DNA of 63,188 bases, the filler included, from Bdellovibrionota bacterium (GTDB lineage: Bacteria; Bdellovibrionota; Bdellovibrionia; Bdellovibrionales; JAEYZS01): assembly GCA_963169515.1 (NCBI GenBank). It is 4 parts of 4 records of this genome, joined end to end, with 100 filler letters (N's around TTAATTAATTAA, not from the genome) between each part and the next. Parts side by side here need not be neighbours in the genome. Positions count along the whole stretch, not along the records: positions 36,096 to 55,915 come from CAUJEF010000167.1; positions 56,016 to 63,188 come from CAUJEF010000172.1; 2 more parts are not named here. One strand, 5' to 3'. This document shows positions 51,187 to 61,798 of the stretch, one piece after another. The notes below the pieces were generated by a model. It was not told where the DNA came from. It made no database searches and saw only the letters and a program-made list of their open reading frames with translations. Both the position numbers and the translations under genes were made by a program. Positions within the stretch are counted from its first letter, which is position 1. Every line of letters begins with the position of its first letter.

Positions 51187-51825
51187 CTAAAAATCTTCAC
51201 TGCCACCGCCTGTATCTTCAGGCGTAGCGATTCCGCGAACCTCATCCATTAGACCCTGATCTTCTTCGGCTTCTGCATCTAAAGAGCTCTCATCAATATC
51301 AAGCTCATGGATTGCAGCTAAAAAGTCTTTTTCTGTACGCAAATCATTGCGAATCATTTCTACAAATTTATCCGGATACCGCTGGGTCAATTCTTCGATA
51401 TACATATCCAGTTTGCCTCCGGCCAAAATTTTCTTTCGAAGCTGGATCTTCTTCCACAATCTCAAATAATGGAAACGACAGTAGCCGTCCACAGCAGAAA
51501 GTTCATCACAATCGCGCACTTTACAATACAAGCGGCCTTCGGCATCTCGCAATTCAATATCATTTGCTTCGTCTTCTTTGAGCAATGCTTCAAGCTCTTC
51601 AACTTCTTTGATTGGGATCACTGGTCCGGGTTTAGATTTAAGACTGGCGGCTTTGGATTCCTTATTCTTGCTTTGCGTTGGAGCTGGCGCTTTGGGCTTT
51701 GCCACTTTGATTGGTTTCTTTTTTTGCTTGGCATCAAGCTTTTGCTTTTTAATGACTTTTTTAGGTTTGCTAGTCGGCTTTTTAACAGACTTTACATTCT
51801 TTTTCGCAGTTTTTTTCTTCGCCAT
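51187..51825 (-). CDS. hypothetical protein with Lys-rich N-terminus and putative C3H zinc site
   Basis: AKKK/PK-rich N-terminus; CKVRDC...YCRFH; acidic tail. Confidence 0.75.
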   Translation of the reverse strand: MAKKKTAKKNVKSVKKPTSKPKKVIKKQKLDAKQKKKPIKVAKPKAPAPTQSKNKESKAASLKSKPGPVIPIKEVEELEALLKEDEANDIELRDAEGRLYCKVRDCDELSAVDGYCRFHYLRLWKKIQLRKKILAGGKLDMYIEELTQRYPDKFVEMIRNDLRTEKDFLAAIHELDIDESSLDAEAEEDQGLMDEVRGIATPEDTGGGSEDF

Positions 51826-51882
51826 GAACACTTCCAGTTTTGAGATAAAATCTGAAGGTAGCGACTTTTAAAAAACTGTCAA

Positions 51883-52884
51883 CTAGTTTGTCCTAAGAAA
51901 AACCTTCCCAGTTTCAGACTGAACCGAAATTAGCCCCTTCTGCACACCTTGCAGTTCTCCGCGCACTGAACGCACATTTGACAAATATTCGGTCTTTAGA
52001 TTTGGTGGAACTTTAAACTGCCCATCACCGATTACGATGTTCACTCGGGCGCCGCTTGTTTTTGGCGCGACTATATCTATCTGACCTGATTTTGATTTAA
52101 CCCTCAATTCAGCAGGGTCCATCAGTTTTGCATCTATTTGTCCTTGCTCAGTGGTCCCCTCAATAGAGCCTTTGAATTTTAAAACTTCCATTTTTCCGGT
52201 ATCATTTTGAAAATTGAGTGTCCCCTCAGATTCGGCAACAAGAAATTGTCCCTTACGCGAATTAACACGCACATCACCTTTCACTTTTAAGAATTTGCCA
52301 ACGCCCATAAAATTTGACACGATAAGCGGCCCATCAAGCCCCTCTACCGACATCTTTGCATCATAGGCTTCCATGTTCATTCGTCCCTTATGGGAAACAA
52401 CGCTTATAGCGCCTTCGATCATATTCAATTTCAGATCGGTAGAATTTTCGCGTGCTTGCAATTTGCCTTTTTCCAATAAAATTTGCGCTGGCTTTTGCCA
52501 GCCCTTGATAAGAACCTCTCCCCATTTCCAATTCACCTCAGCTGGTATGGATTTACCCCGTACAAAAATTTCAAAACTGTCAAGAGCCCCTTCCTCCGAA
52601 CTTTCTTTTGAAGAAAACTTTTGAATATCCGGTTGAGTTACCTCGCATTGGATATCAACACCCCACTCCCGTTTTTCGACTTTGATTTCTTGAGATGAAA
52701 GGGACGTTTTGCCACTCACAGTTCGGGCTGTGATTTTAAGCCCCTGAATTGTTGGATCATCAACCAATTGAAATCTTCCGTTTAAACAGTGAACTTTGAT
52801 TCGATCAGACGATTGGACATCAAATGTATATGTGTTTTCTGCTGAAAAGGCCGTCGCAATAAAAAACAATAAATAAACCATCAC
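51883..52884 (-). CDS. secreted beta-strand-repeat protein (DUF4097/adhesin-like)
   Basis: Signal peptide; periodic ..G.I/L.V.. repeats ending SETGKVFL. Confidence 0.7.
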   Translation of the reverse strand: MMVYLLFFIATAFSAENTYTFDVQSSDRIKVHCLNGRFQLVDDPTIQGLKITARTVSGKTSLSSQEIKVEKREWGVDIQCEVTQPDIQKFSSKESSEEGALDSFEIFVRGKSIPAEVNWKWGEVLIKGWQKPAQILLEKGKLQARENSTDLKLNMIEGAISVVSHKGRMNMEAYDAKMSVEGLDGPLIVSNFMGVGKFLKVKGDVRVNSRKGQFLVAESEGTLNFQNDTGKMEVLKFKGSIEGTTEQGQIDAKLMDPAELRVKSKSGQIDIVAPKTSGARVNIVIGDGQFKVPPNLKTEYLSNVRSVRGELQGVQKGLISVQSETGKVFLRTN

Positions 52885-53000
52885 TCTAGTCCTTGTTATG
52901 GCTATATAAAACGATAATGTTTTTTATTGGACTTGTCATTACTTGATTTTTTGTTAAAGCCAGGATTTGTTATATCCCACAAACACTAAAGCGAGGACAC

Positions 53001-54176
53001 ATGGAAGATATAGTAATTTTAAGTGCAAAGCGAACTGCTATTGGCTCTTTTCAAGGAGTTTTCAGTCAAACCCCCGCCCCTCGCTTAGGAGCCGCAGCTA
53101 TTAAAGAAGCACTTAAGGTTGCGGGAATAAAACCTGAAAATGTTGACGAATGCATCATGGGTCATGTTCTGTCTGGCGGCGTTGGCCAAGCACCTGCCCG
53201 CCAGGCCGCAATTTATGCAGATCTTCCAAAATCTGTTGAATGCATGACTATAAATAAAGTTTGTGGCTCAGGCTTAAAATCCGTCATGCTTGCGGCCCAA
53301 GCGTTGCAGCTGGGACACGCAAATCTTGTAGTGGCCGGCGGACAAGAAAATATGACTCTGGCGCCTCATCTGCTTGAAAGGTCTCGCGCTGGATACAGAA
53401 TGGGCAATGTTCAGATCACGGACTCTATGATCAAAGACGGTCTATGGGATCCATACGGCGACCTACATATGGGAAACTGTGGCGAATTGTGTGCAACCGA
53501 ATATAAATTTACCCGCGAAATGCAAGACCAGTTCGCTATCGAAAGCTACAAGCGCGCACAAAAAGCGATCCAAGACGGTTCGTTTAAACCCGAAATTGTT
53601 GCTGTTAGCGTACCCGATGGGAAAACTACAAAAAATATTGAGACTGATGAAGAACCTGGGAAGGCACGTTTTGACAAAATTCCTGAATTAAAACCTGCTT
53701 TTGATAAAGGGGGGACAATCACTGCCGCCAATGCATCAAAAATCAACGATGGCGCTAGCGCTCTGGTCATCACAACTGCAAGTCATGCTAAAAAACTAGG
53801 AGCTCGACCGCTCGCAAAAATTATTTCACAAGCATCATTTGCTCAAGATCCCAAATGGTTTACGACAGCCCCAGCAGGCGCGGTGAAAAAAGCGCTCCAA
53901 CGTGCAAATCTGACGATAAAAGATATCGATCTCTTTGAGGTAAACGAAGCTTTTGCCGTTGTAACGATGGCCTTTATGAGGGATATGAATGTAAATCACA
54001 GCCAAGTAAATATCCACGGCGGAGCAATTGCCCTTGGGCATCCTATCGGAGCCTCTGGCGCCCGAGTTCTGACAACGCTCCTTCACGCTTTAGAAAAAAA
54101 TAAGCTAAAACGAGGAATTGCAACACTATGTATCGGTGGTGGCGAAGGCGCGGCCGTTATTGTGGAACGGATCTAG
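53001..54176 (+). CDS. atoB: acetyl-CoA C-acetyltransferase (thiolase)
   Basis: INKVCGSG, EVNEAF, GHPIGASG, CIGGGEG. Confidence 0.95.
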   Translation: MEDIVILSAKRTAIGSFQGVFSQTPAPRLGAAAIKEALKVAGIKPENVDECIMGHVLSGGVGQAPARQAAIYADLPKSVECMTINKVCGSGLKSVMLAAQALQLGHANLVVAGGQENMTLAPHLLERSRAGYRMGNVQITDSMIKDGLWDPYGDLHMGNCGELCATEYKFTREMQDQFAIESYKRAQKAIQDGSFKPEIVAVSVPDGKTTKNIETDEEPGKARFDKIPELKPAFDKGGTITAANASKINDGASALVITTASHAKKLGARPLAKIISQASFAQDPKWFTTAPAGAVKKALQRANLTIKDIDLFEVNEAFAVVTMAFMRDMNVNHSQVNIHGGAIALGHPIGASGARVLTTLLHALEKNKLKRGIATLCIGGGEGAAVIVERI

Positions 54177-54178
54177 AT

Positions 54179-54889
54179 ATGAACGGCTTTGGTAAAGTTT
54201 TTCCGGATGCAAAATCAGCACTGAAAGATATAAAAGATGGGATGACAATTTTAAGCGGCGGGTTTGGCCTCTGCGGTCTTGCTGAAAACTGTATTTCAGC
54301 GATCAAAGAACTTGGCGTAAAAAACCTGACCTTTGTTTCAAATAATGCCGGCGTTGATGATTTTGGTATTGGGATATTACTGCACACTAATCAAGTAAAG
54401 AAAATGATTTCAAGCTACGTCGGTGAAAATAAAACTTTTGAGAAACAATTTCTATCCGGGCAGTTGGAAGTAGAATTGACCCCACAAGGGACGCTCGCAG
54501 AAAAAATTCGCGCTGGTGGTGCCGGCATACCTGCCTTTTTTACCCCGACAGGCGTGGGCACATTGGTTGCTCAGGGGAAAGAAGTTCGTCAAATCGACGG
54601 GCGCAACTATGTTTTAGAAAAATCAATCACAGGGGACTTTGCTATTGTCAAAGCGTGGAAAGCGGACAAGTTTGGGAACTTAGTTTATCGAAAGACCGCG
54701 CGAAACTTTAATCCTGTCATGGCGACCGCTGGGAAGATTACAGTTGCTGAAGTGGAAGAAATAGTCGAAATCGGAGAGCTCGACCCAGACAATATTCACA
54801 CGCCAGGTGTTTATGTGAATCGTATTTTTAAATCAAAAGGCTTAGAAAAACGCATTGAAAACAAAACCGTCCGAAATGGGGGGAACTGA
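54179..54889 (+). CDS. scoA: 3-oxoacid CoA-transferase subunit A
   Basis: GGFGLCG, SSYVGEN, PQGTLAE, TARNFN; start at ATG 54179. Confidence 0.93.
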   Translation: MNGFGKVFPDAKSALKDIKDGMTILSGGFGLCGLAENCISAIKELGVKNLTFVSNNAGVDDFGIGILLHTNQVKKMISSYVGENKTFEKQFLSGQLEVELTPQGTLAEKIRAGGAGIPAFFTPTGVGTLVAQGKEVRQIDGRNYVLEKSITGDFAIVKAWKADKFGNLVYRKTARNFNPVMATAGKITVAEVEEIVEIGELDPDNIHTPGVYVNRIFKSKGLEKRIENKTVRNGGN

Positions 54890-55563
54890 TGCCATTAACA
54901 CGCGAACAGATCGCCGAGCGAATTTCCCATGAAGTGAAAGACGGCTATTGTGTAAATCTTGGTATCGGAATCCCAACACTTGTCGCAAATTATATTCCTA
55001 AAAATCTAAGCGTTATGTTTCAAAGCGAAAATGGTCTGCTTGGCATGGGACCCTTTCCGTCCGAAAAGGATCTTGACCCGGATTTGATTAATGCGGGCAA
55101 ACAAACGGTTACCACGGTCTCGGGCGCAAGCTTTTTTAGCTCTGCCGATAGCTTTGCCATGATTCGTGGGGGACATATAGACCTCACCGTACTTGGCGCT
55201 ATGGAGGTCGACGAAACCGGGAGTATTGCCAACTGGATGATTCCCGGAAAAATGATCAAAGGCATGGGGGGGGCAATGGATCTTGTTGCAGGAGCCCGAC
55301 GTGTAATTGTGGCTATGCAACACACAGATAAAGAGGGGCGTCCCAAGCTTCTCAAAAAATGTGAGCTCCCACTGACGGGTGTCGCTTGTGTGCATCATGT
55401 GGTTTCAGATTATGGCGTTTTTGATATCACAAAAGACGGATTTGTATTGCGAGAGTATGCGCCCGATTTATCAATTGAAAAAGTAGTAGCTGCAACAAGC
55501 GGAAAAATAATCGTTCATCCCGAAGTTAAAGCCATAAAAACTGGCCCACATAGTTGTTGTTAA
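54889..55563 (+). CDS. scoB: 3-oxoacid CoA-transferase subunit B
   Basis: VNLGIGIP, QSENG, GMGGAMDL, LPLTG. Confidence 0.94.
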   Translation: MPLTREQIAERISHEVKDGYCVNLGIGIPTLVANYIPKNLSVMFQSENGLLGMGPFPSEKDLDPDLINAGKQTVTTVSGASFFSSADSFAMIRGGHIDLTVLGAMEVDETGSIANWMIPGKMIKGMGGAMDLVAGARRVIVAMQHTDKEGRPKLLKKCELPLTGVACVHHVVSDYGVFDITKDGFVLREYAPDLSIEKVVAATSGKIIVHPEVKAIKTGPHSCC

Positions 55564-55583
55564 TATGTAGCAAGTAACAGTCA

Positions 55584-55599
55584 TGGCTCAGGTCTTGCT
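55584..55599 (+). promoter_or_regulatory. putative sigma54 -24/-12 promoter upstream of the transposase
   Basis: TGGCTCAGGTCTTGCT (GG-N10-GC), 15 nt before ATG 55614. Confidence 0.55.
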
Positions 55600-55613
55600 C
55601 TTTTCTACGGGTC

Positions 55614-55915
55614 ATGACCCGTAATTGTCCACAATGCAGATCCCACAGTGATAGTTCGTATTCCGGATATTTTGTCCGAAACTCAGACAAAAAAAGGTTC
55701 CAACGCTTTGTGTGTAACCGCTGCCAAATCAGCTTTTCTGAGGCCACAGACCACAGCTGTTATCGTCAGAAAAAGAGGCGCCTTAATCCAAGGATATTTG
55801 AAATGCTCTGCTCTGGAGTCTCACAACGTCGTATTGCACGCATCTTGGGCATCAGCCGAACCACGGTCAGTAGAAAGCTCATTTTTTTAGCCCAGATCGC
55901 TAGAAAGAAAAACCT
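55614..55915 (+). mobile_element. IS1/IS1595-like transposase N-terminus (zinc ribbon + HTH), truncated by contig end
   Basis: CPQC...QRFVCNRC zinc ribbon; GVSQRRIARILGISRTTV HTH; a contig break is typical of multicopy IS. Confidence 0.78.
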
Positions 55916-56015
55916 NNNNNNNNNNNNNNNNNNNNNNNNNNNNNNNNNNNNNNNNNNNNTTAATTAATTAANNNNNNNNNNNNNNNNNNNNNNNNNNNNN
56001 NNNNNNNNNNNNNNN
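55916..56015. other. artificial contig linker
   Basis: 44 N + TTAATTAATTAA + 44 N. Confidence 0.98.
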
Positions 56016-56468
<453 letters not shown>

Positions 56469-56587
56469 TTTTAGAATCACATTCTAAGCTTAGCCTCGTT
56501 CATTAATAAACTCATCAGCCGTTCAATTTATAAAGAGCACTAAACTATGGGCTCCAAGATTAGCGCTTGAGCAATTAAGTTCTAAAT

Positions 56588-56702
56588 TTGGTGTCGATAG
56601 CGAGAAGGAAACACCTGATCCCATTCCGAACTCAGCAGTTAAGCTTCTCTGCGGCGATGATACTGCACGCGCAAGTGTGTGGGAGAGTAGCACGATGCCT
56701 AT
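56588..56702 (+). rRNA. rrf: 5S rRNA
   Basis: CACCTGATCCCATTCCGAACTCAG..GTTAAG, GATGATACT, GGGAGAGTAG. Confidence 0.96.
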
Positions 56703-56706
56703 CTTG

Positions 56707-56743
56707 TGGCCGTTTTGATGAGAATCAAAACGGCCATTTTTTT
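56707..56743 (+). terminator. rrn intrinsic terminator
   Basis: TGGCCGTTTTGAT-GAGA-ATCAAAACGGCCA followed by T7. Confidence 0.93.
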
Positions 56744-56770
56744 AACTAAATTTGGATAAAAATTTTCAAA

Positions 56771-57928
56771 CTAATTTTTTTGGAAGATTCCGTAGATTTC
56801 ATGACCGATGCCCAAGTCCGCGTTTATGTAAGGAGATGGATCGTGTTGATAACGACAATAATACTCAACAAATGGTTTCAGGGCTGCGTGTGACCAGACG
56901 GGGGGAATAACGGCACTGAGTTCCTCCTGAACAACTGGTAAAATTGAATTTGACCGGATAGTTTCAGTCGCACTTCGTTTTGTCGATGGATAGGCTGTTA
57001 CTTTTGCTGATATTTTATAGCCTTTGCCTTTGCGGAAACCCTTAAAATTAAAAATGCGCCAATCTAAGGCACTGAAGCCACGCATTTCAAGCTCCGCACG
57101 TAAAGCTTTTGGAGTGAAGTAATTTACATGGTTGATTAGAAGCTCGCTCGGCTGCTGATTAAGTTTCCAATAGGCGTATGCTCGCCAAATGTCTTCGAAA
57201 CCATTTGGCGTAATGAAGTGAATCACTCCTTTCGAATTTAAAACGGAAGAAATGTTGTCTAATACAAGTGCGGGGTTTTGCACGTGTTCTAAAATGTCTC
57301 GAGCAACTACTAAATCGAAAGTGCCATGTTTTTCCTTCGAAAGGATTTCGGGGCTACCGACGATTGTGTCGTAGTTGTGATGGGCACGCACCAGATCTAA
57401 GACTTCGGTGACGATGTCCAAGCAGGTGATTTTTGTATCAGGAAAAACGAACTGAATACCTTTGCAAAAGTAACCATCGCCCGCTCCAACCTCTAAAATT
57501 TGGCGAATCTTAAATCCTCGATTTTTTAAATCGGAACCAAGTGCCACGCCTTTTCGAAAACTTCTACGCAGTTGGCGACGTCGTTCTGCCAAACTTTCAG
57601 ATTTTTTTTCATACAGGAACAGTGCTCTACAGCCTAAACTAAAATCTTCATTTGTCGGCATCGGATCGATTTGGATCAAGCCACAGGCACATTCAACCAA
57701 ATTTGCTTCAACTAAATCCCAATAGTCAGTTCGTGCGAGACGTTTTCCTGTTCGAGATTTACAAAAGCTACAAGGATCTTTACGAGCAACAGAATCTCCA
57801 TCTAGTTGCGGTGGAAGATCTAGCGATTTAGAAATTATTTTGAAAATACCGGAAAGATTCAAAACCCCACCCCAGGTGTGTCTATAATTTCGCGGCACAA
57901 GCGTAGCCTTTTCGAGCAAACGTGACAA
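56771..57928 (-). CDS. class I SAM-dependent methyltransferase with N-terminal Cys motif (start uncertain)
   Basis: CSFC...CACG, LEVGAGDG, FDLVVARDILEHV, ITPN. Confidence 0.82.
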   Translation of the reverse strand: MSRLLEKATLVPRNYRHTWGGVLNLSGIFKIISKSLDLPPQLDGDSVARKDPCSFCKSRTGKRLARTDYWDLVEANLVECACGLIQIDPMPTNEDFSLGCRALFLYEKKSESLAERRRQLRRSFRKGVALGSDLKNRGFKIRQILEVGAGDGYFCKGIQFVFPDTKITCLDIVTEVLDLVRAHHNYDTIVGSPEILSKEKHGTFDLVVARDILEHVQNPALVLDNISSVLNSKGVIHFITPNGFEDIWRAYAYWKLNQQPSELLINHVNYFTPKALRAELEMRGFSALDWRIFNFKGFRKGKGYKISAKVTAYPSTKRSATETIRSNSILPVVQEELSAVIPPVWSHAALKPFVEYYCRYQHDPSPYINADLGIGHEIYGIFQKN

Positions 57929-58031
57929 CCAAAAGCATGGAATTGTTGACGCACTCAGTGCTCTAACAATGACAAAATAAAAAGGTCGAGGTCAGATAGC
58001 CAATAAGGCAGACTCGGATCATAATTAACGT

Positions 58032-58763
58032 ATGAGGCTAAAGTCGGTTGTCGTTGGTTTAACCCTTTTGGTTGTTTCATTGGGATTTGTTAATTTCATT
58101 ATCTCGTCGGATATGTTTGATATTACAACAATTCTTTGGGAGCGGCCTGAAGCGCAATACTCTGAATATTACAAATCTTTGCAGTACCAGTTAGATGAAA
58201 AGATTGAGCACGTCAAAGACCAGTCGATTTGGAATGTTTCCATTTACGATTTGGAAATGGATCTCAAAAATATTTCTTGGATTAAATCTGCGCATATTTA
58301 CAGGCAAATTCCGAATAAATTGGTTGTACAGCTTGAATACAAAAAAATCATAGCAAATCTTTCTAAGAACAACGGTGAATTACAGCCGATAGCGAGCGAT
58401 TCTACACTGCTTGAGCCTGCGAAAATTTCCCAAAGCCCGGCTGTCCCGCTGCTTGCAAACGAAGAGTTTCGTAAGAATGACAGCTTGAGGTTCGAAGTTG
58501 TAAGTATTTTGTCGAAATTGCCTGGGTATGGGTATCTTAGCCAAGACACAGTTTCGGAAGTAACTTGGAATGGAAAGAAAGATTTCACTCTGCTGCTAAA
58601 AAATTCGTTAGCAAAAGTAAGATTGAATTCAGACAATACAGAAATCAAAGTTGCTCGTGTAAATAAAGTGCTCAACTACCTGGACCAAAATCAGATTAAA
58701 AGTCGCGTCATCGATGCGAATTTCTCTAAGAAAGTTGTTGTCAAGCTGCGTAACCACGACTAG
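58032..58763 (+). CDS. ftsQ: cell division protein FtsQ/DivIB
   Basis: N-terminal TM, POTRA-like WIKSAHIYRQIPNKL, C-terminal IDANF..KVVV; precedes ftsA. Confidence 0.85.
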   Translation: MRLKSVVVGLTLLVVSLGFVNFIISSDMFDITTILWERPEAQYSEYYKSLQYQLDEKIEHVKDQSIWNVSIYDLEMDLKNISWIKSAHIYRQIPNKLVVQLEYKKIIANLSKNNGELQPIASDSTLLEPAKISQSPAVPLLANEEFRKNDSLRFEVVSILSKLPGYGYLSQDTVSEVTWNGKKDFTLLLKNSLAKVRLNSDNTEIKVARVNKVLNYLDQNQIKSRVIDANFSKKVVVKLRNHD

Positions 58764-58947
58764 CCTAAAACTAAGGATAACTGCTTATCTTTGAACCAAG
58801 GATTGGGAAAAAGTAAGTGATTTCCTTACCAAAGCCAAGAACACGGATGGTGCTTTGGGGACCTGCTTATTCCACGATAAGGAGACTTTGATCTGTTTTA
58901 ATTTATTAACAGATCAAACATCTAACAGGTTGATCACCGGAGGTGAT

Positions 58948-60165
58948 GTGGAAAATTTTATTGCAGCTTTAGACATTGGAACAACTAAAGTTTGCGTCCT
59001 AATCGCCCAAAAAAAAGAAGACAAATTAGAAATTATCGGTGTCGGACAAGCGCCAAGCCATGGCTTGAAAAAAGGCGTCGTCGTCAATATCGAAGCAACG
59101 ACCGAAGCCATTCGTAGGGCACGTGAAGAGGCCGAGTTGATGGCAGGCGTGCAAGTGTCGGACATATGGGTTGGTGTTGCGGGTTCGCATATTCGATCTT
59201 TTGATTCAAAGGGAATGGTTGCGCTTAAAGACAACGAGGTACGCAAGGAAGATATACTGCGCGTGATTGAGGCCGCAAAAGCGGTTGCCGTTCCACAAGA
59301 CAGAGAAGTTCTTCATGTTATCCCAAGGGAATATCAGCTTGATGATCAAGACGGAATATTTGATCCGATCGGCATGTCTGGTATTCGATTAGAAGCCGCA
59401 GTTCATATTGTGACAGGCAGCAAATCTGCGCTACAGAACATTATAAAGTGTACGCAAAAGGCAAACTTACGAGTGAATGGTCTGGTGTTGCAGCAACTGG
59501 CATCAAGCCTTGCGGTTCTTTCAGAAGATGAAAAAAAACTGGGTGTCGCGACAGTGGATATGGGTGGCGGCACATGTGATCTGCTTATTTATACAAACGG
59601 AAGTGTTGCCTACACAGCAAGCCTTCCGATCGGTGGCGCTCATGTTACAAACGACATTGCGGTTGGTTTGCGGACGCCGCAAGTGAATGCAGAAGATCTC
59701 AAGAAGAAACATGGGTGTGCTCTCGCAAGTCTTGTTGATTCGCAAGAAACAATCGAGGTTGAGGGCGTAGGCGGACGTAAATCAAGAAGCGTCCTGCGGC
59801 AACATTTATGTGAAGTGATTGAACCGCGAGTAGAAGAAACATTGAATTTCATAAATAATGAAATCCAAAAAAGTGGTTTATCAGAACTCTTAGGTTCGGG
59901 GCTCGTGTTCACAGGCGGAGCGAGCCAAATGGAAGGACTGATCGAATTGGGAGAATTCATGATGGATCTGCCAGTAAGAAAAGGAGCGCCAGAACGAATC
60001 GGCGGAATTACAAGTGCAGTACAGTCCGGGGTTTTTTCAACAGGCGTAGGCCTGTTGATATACGGCAACGAGCATCAGGCGGCACACACAAAGATCACTT
60101 CGGATTTTGTATCGTTAAAAGGGATGGTCAATAAAGTTAAAGGATTATTAGATAATATTTTTTAA
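58948..60165 (+). CDS. ftsA: cell division protein FtsA
   Basis: ALDIGTTKV, GLKKGVVVNI, DMGGGT, TGGAS; GTG start at 58948 after GGAGG. Confidence 0.97.
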   Translation: MENFIAALDIGTTKVCVLIAQKKEDKLEIIGVGQAPSHGLKKGVVVNIEATTEAIRRAREEAELMAGVQVSDIWVGVAGSHIRSFDSKGMVALKDNEVRKEDILRVIEAAKAVAVPQDREVLHVIPREYQLDDQDGIFDPIGMSGIRLEAAVHIVTGSKSALQNIIKCTQKANLRVNGLVLQQLASSLAVLSEDEKKLGVATVDMGGGTCDLLIYTNGSVAYTASLPIGGAHVTNDIAVGLRTPQVNAEDLKKKHGCALASLVDSQETIEVEGVGGRKSRSVLRQHLCEVIEPRVEETLNFINNEIQKSGLSELLGSGLVFTGGASQMEGLIELGEFMMDLPVRKGAPERIGGITSAVQSGVFSTGVGLLIYGNEHQAAHTKITSDFVSLKGMVNKVKGLLDNIF

Positions 60166-60219
60166 GCAAACTTGGTTTGCCCAAGGCAAGCGAAGTTTGT
60201 AATTCATGGAGGAACACAA

Positions 60220-61728
60220 ATGTTCGAAATTGAAGCAAACACAAATCTAGGCGCGAACATTAAGGTCGTGGGTGTTGGTGGTGGCGGTAATAACGCAGTC
60301 ACTACGATGATTGAAAGCGGTCTTAGTGGTGTCGAATTCATCGTCGCAAATACTGACCAACAAGCGCTTCAAGCTCATGCGGCGGATGTAAAAATCGGTC
60401 TTGGCTCAACATTGACAAAGGGATTGGGGGCAGGAGCAAATCCAGAGGTCGGAAAACGCGCAGCAATTGAATCGTATAATGAAATCGTAGAAAAACTTGA
60501 AGGCGCGGACATGGTTTTTGTAACGGCCGGAATGGGCGGTGGTACGGGAACAGGTGGTGCGCCAGTGATTGCAAAAATTGCGAAGGAGCTGGGTGCGCTC
60601 ACAATTGGCGTTGTGACCCGTCCATTCGGGTTTGAGGGAAAAAAACGGTCACGCCATGCTGATCAGGGAATCGAAGAGTTGCGGGAAGCGGTTGACACTT
60701 TAATCGTAATTCCAAACCAAAAACTGCTTAGTGTGTCTGCAGAAAAAACGCCGCTGCTTGAAACTTTTAAAAAAGCAGACAGCGTATTATTGAATGCAGT
60801 CAAAGGCATTTCTGATCTGATCAACATTCGCGGCCTTATCAACCTTGATTTTGCAGATATTCGTACGGTCATGGCGAGCCAAGGGATGGCGTTAATGGGA
60901 ACTGGGTTTGCGACCGGAGAAAACCGCGCCGTCGAAGCGGCTACAAATGCAATCTCGTCTCCACTGTTGGAAAATGTATCAATAGATGGCGCAAAAGGAA
61001 TTATCATTAATGTCACAGGAGGGCCGAATCTGTCATTGTATGAAGTCAATGAAGCTTCAACGCTGATTACCGAAGCGGCTGACGAGGACGCTGAAATTAT
61101 ATTTGGAGCTGTGATTGATGAAAAACTGACCGATGAGGTTCGAGTTACAGTGATCGCAACAGGTTTTGCAAATCATTCCTTTGCCAAAGTAGATAAGCAA
61201 ATGAGCCAATTAAAAGCGATGGCAGAGGCACAAAGCCTTTTAACCCAACAAGTTCATCTAACAAAAACGGCATCGTTTTCATATCAGCCGACCTCAACAA
61301 CTGTAGCGCAGCCAGAGCCCATGCATACACAGCAAGCCCCAGCTCCGATCGTAGAAGAGATCACTCGCTTCGAAGTTCCAAAAACCCCCGTAGCCGAAGT
61401 TTTGAAAACTGAAGCTCCAAAGTTTGAAGTTCCCATGGCGACGGAGGCGGAAGGGTATCCTGAATATCAACGCCCTGCTGAGCCAGAATTGAGTCCAAGG
61501 GATCGGCTGCTTGCAAAGGCAAAAGCCTTTAAAGCAAGTGCACAGGCAGCGGTTGCATCTTCTGTGAAGGGAAAAGGTGATCCTGACCAGCTTTCAATGG
61601 AAATGAGCTTTGAAGATCCAATTGAAAAGGCTCGAACGATGGCCCGTGAGGCAAGCAGTTCGCCATTTGATAAAAGCGATTTAGATGTGCCAGCATACTT
61701 GCGAAGGCAGAGTCGTCCAGAAATTTAA
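60220..61728 (+). CDS. ftsZ: cell division protein FtsZ with long linker
   Basis: [24 protein letters not shown]-terminal [10 protein letters not shown]; start at ATG 60220. Confidence 0.98.
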   Translation: MFEIEANTNLGANIKVVGVGGGGNNAVTTMIESGLSGVEFIVANTDQQALQAHAADVKIGLGSTLTKGLGAGANPEVGKRAAIESYNEIVEKLEGADMVFVTAGMGGGTGTGGAPVIAKIAKELGALTIGVVTRPFGFEGKKRSRHADQGIEELREAVDTLIVIPNQKLLSVSAEKTPLLETFKKADSVLLNAVKGISDLINIRGLINLDFADIRTVMASQGMALMGTGFATGENRAVEAATNAISSPLLENVSIDGAKGIIINVTGGPNLSLYEVNEASTLITEAADEDAEIIFGAVIDEKLTDEVRVTVIATGFANHSFAKVDKQMSQLKAMAEAQSLLTQQVHLTKTASFSYQPTSTTVAQPEPMHTQQAPAPIVEEITRFEVPKTPVAEVLKTEAPKFEVPMATEAEGYPEYQRPAEPELSPRDRLLAKAKAFKASAQAAVASSVKGKGDPDQLSMEMSFEDPIEKARTMAREASSSPFDKSDLDVPAYLRRQSRPEI

Positions 61729-61798
61729 TCGCGGCAGCGGGTAAGTATTCAGCCTCCATGCTTGACTTAGTGCCCATCCGGCCCTAGTGGTTTACATT

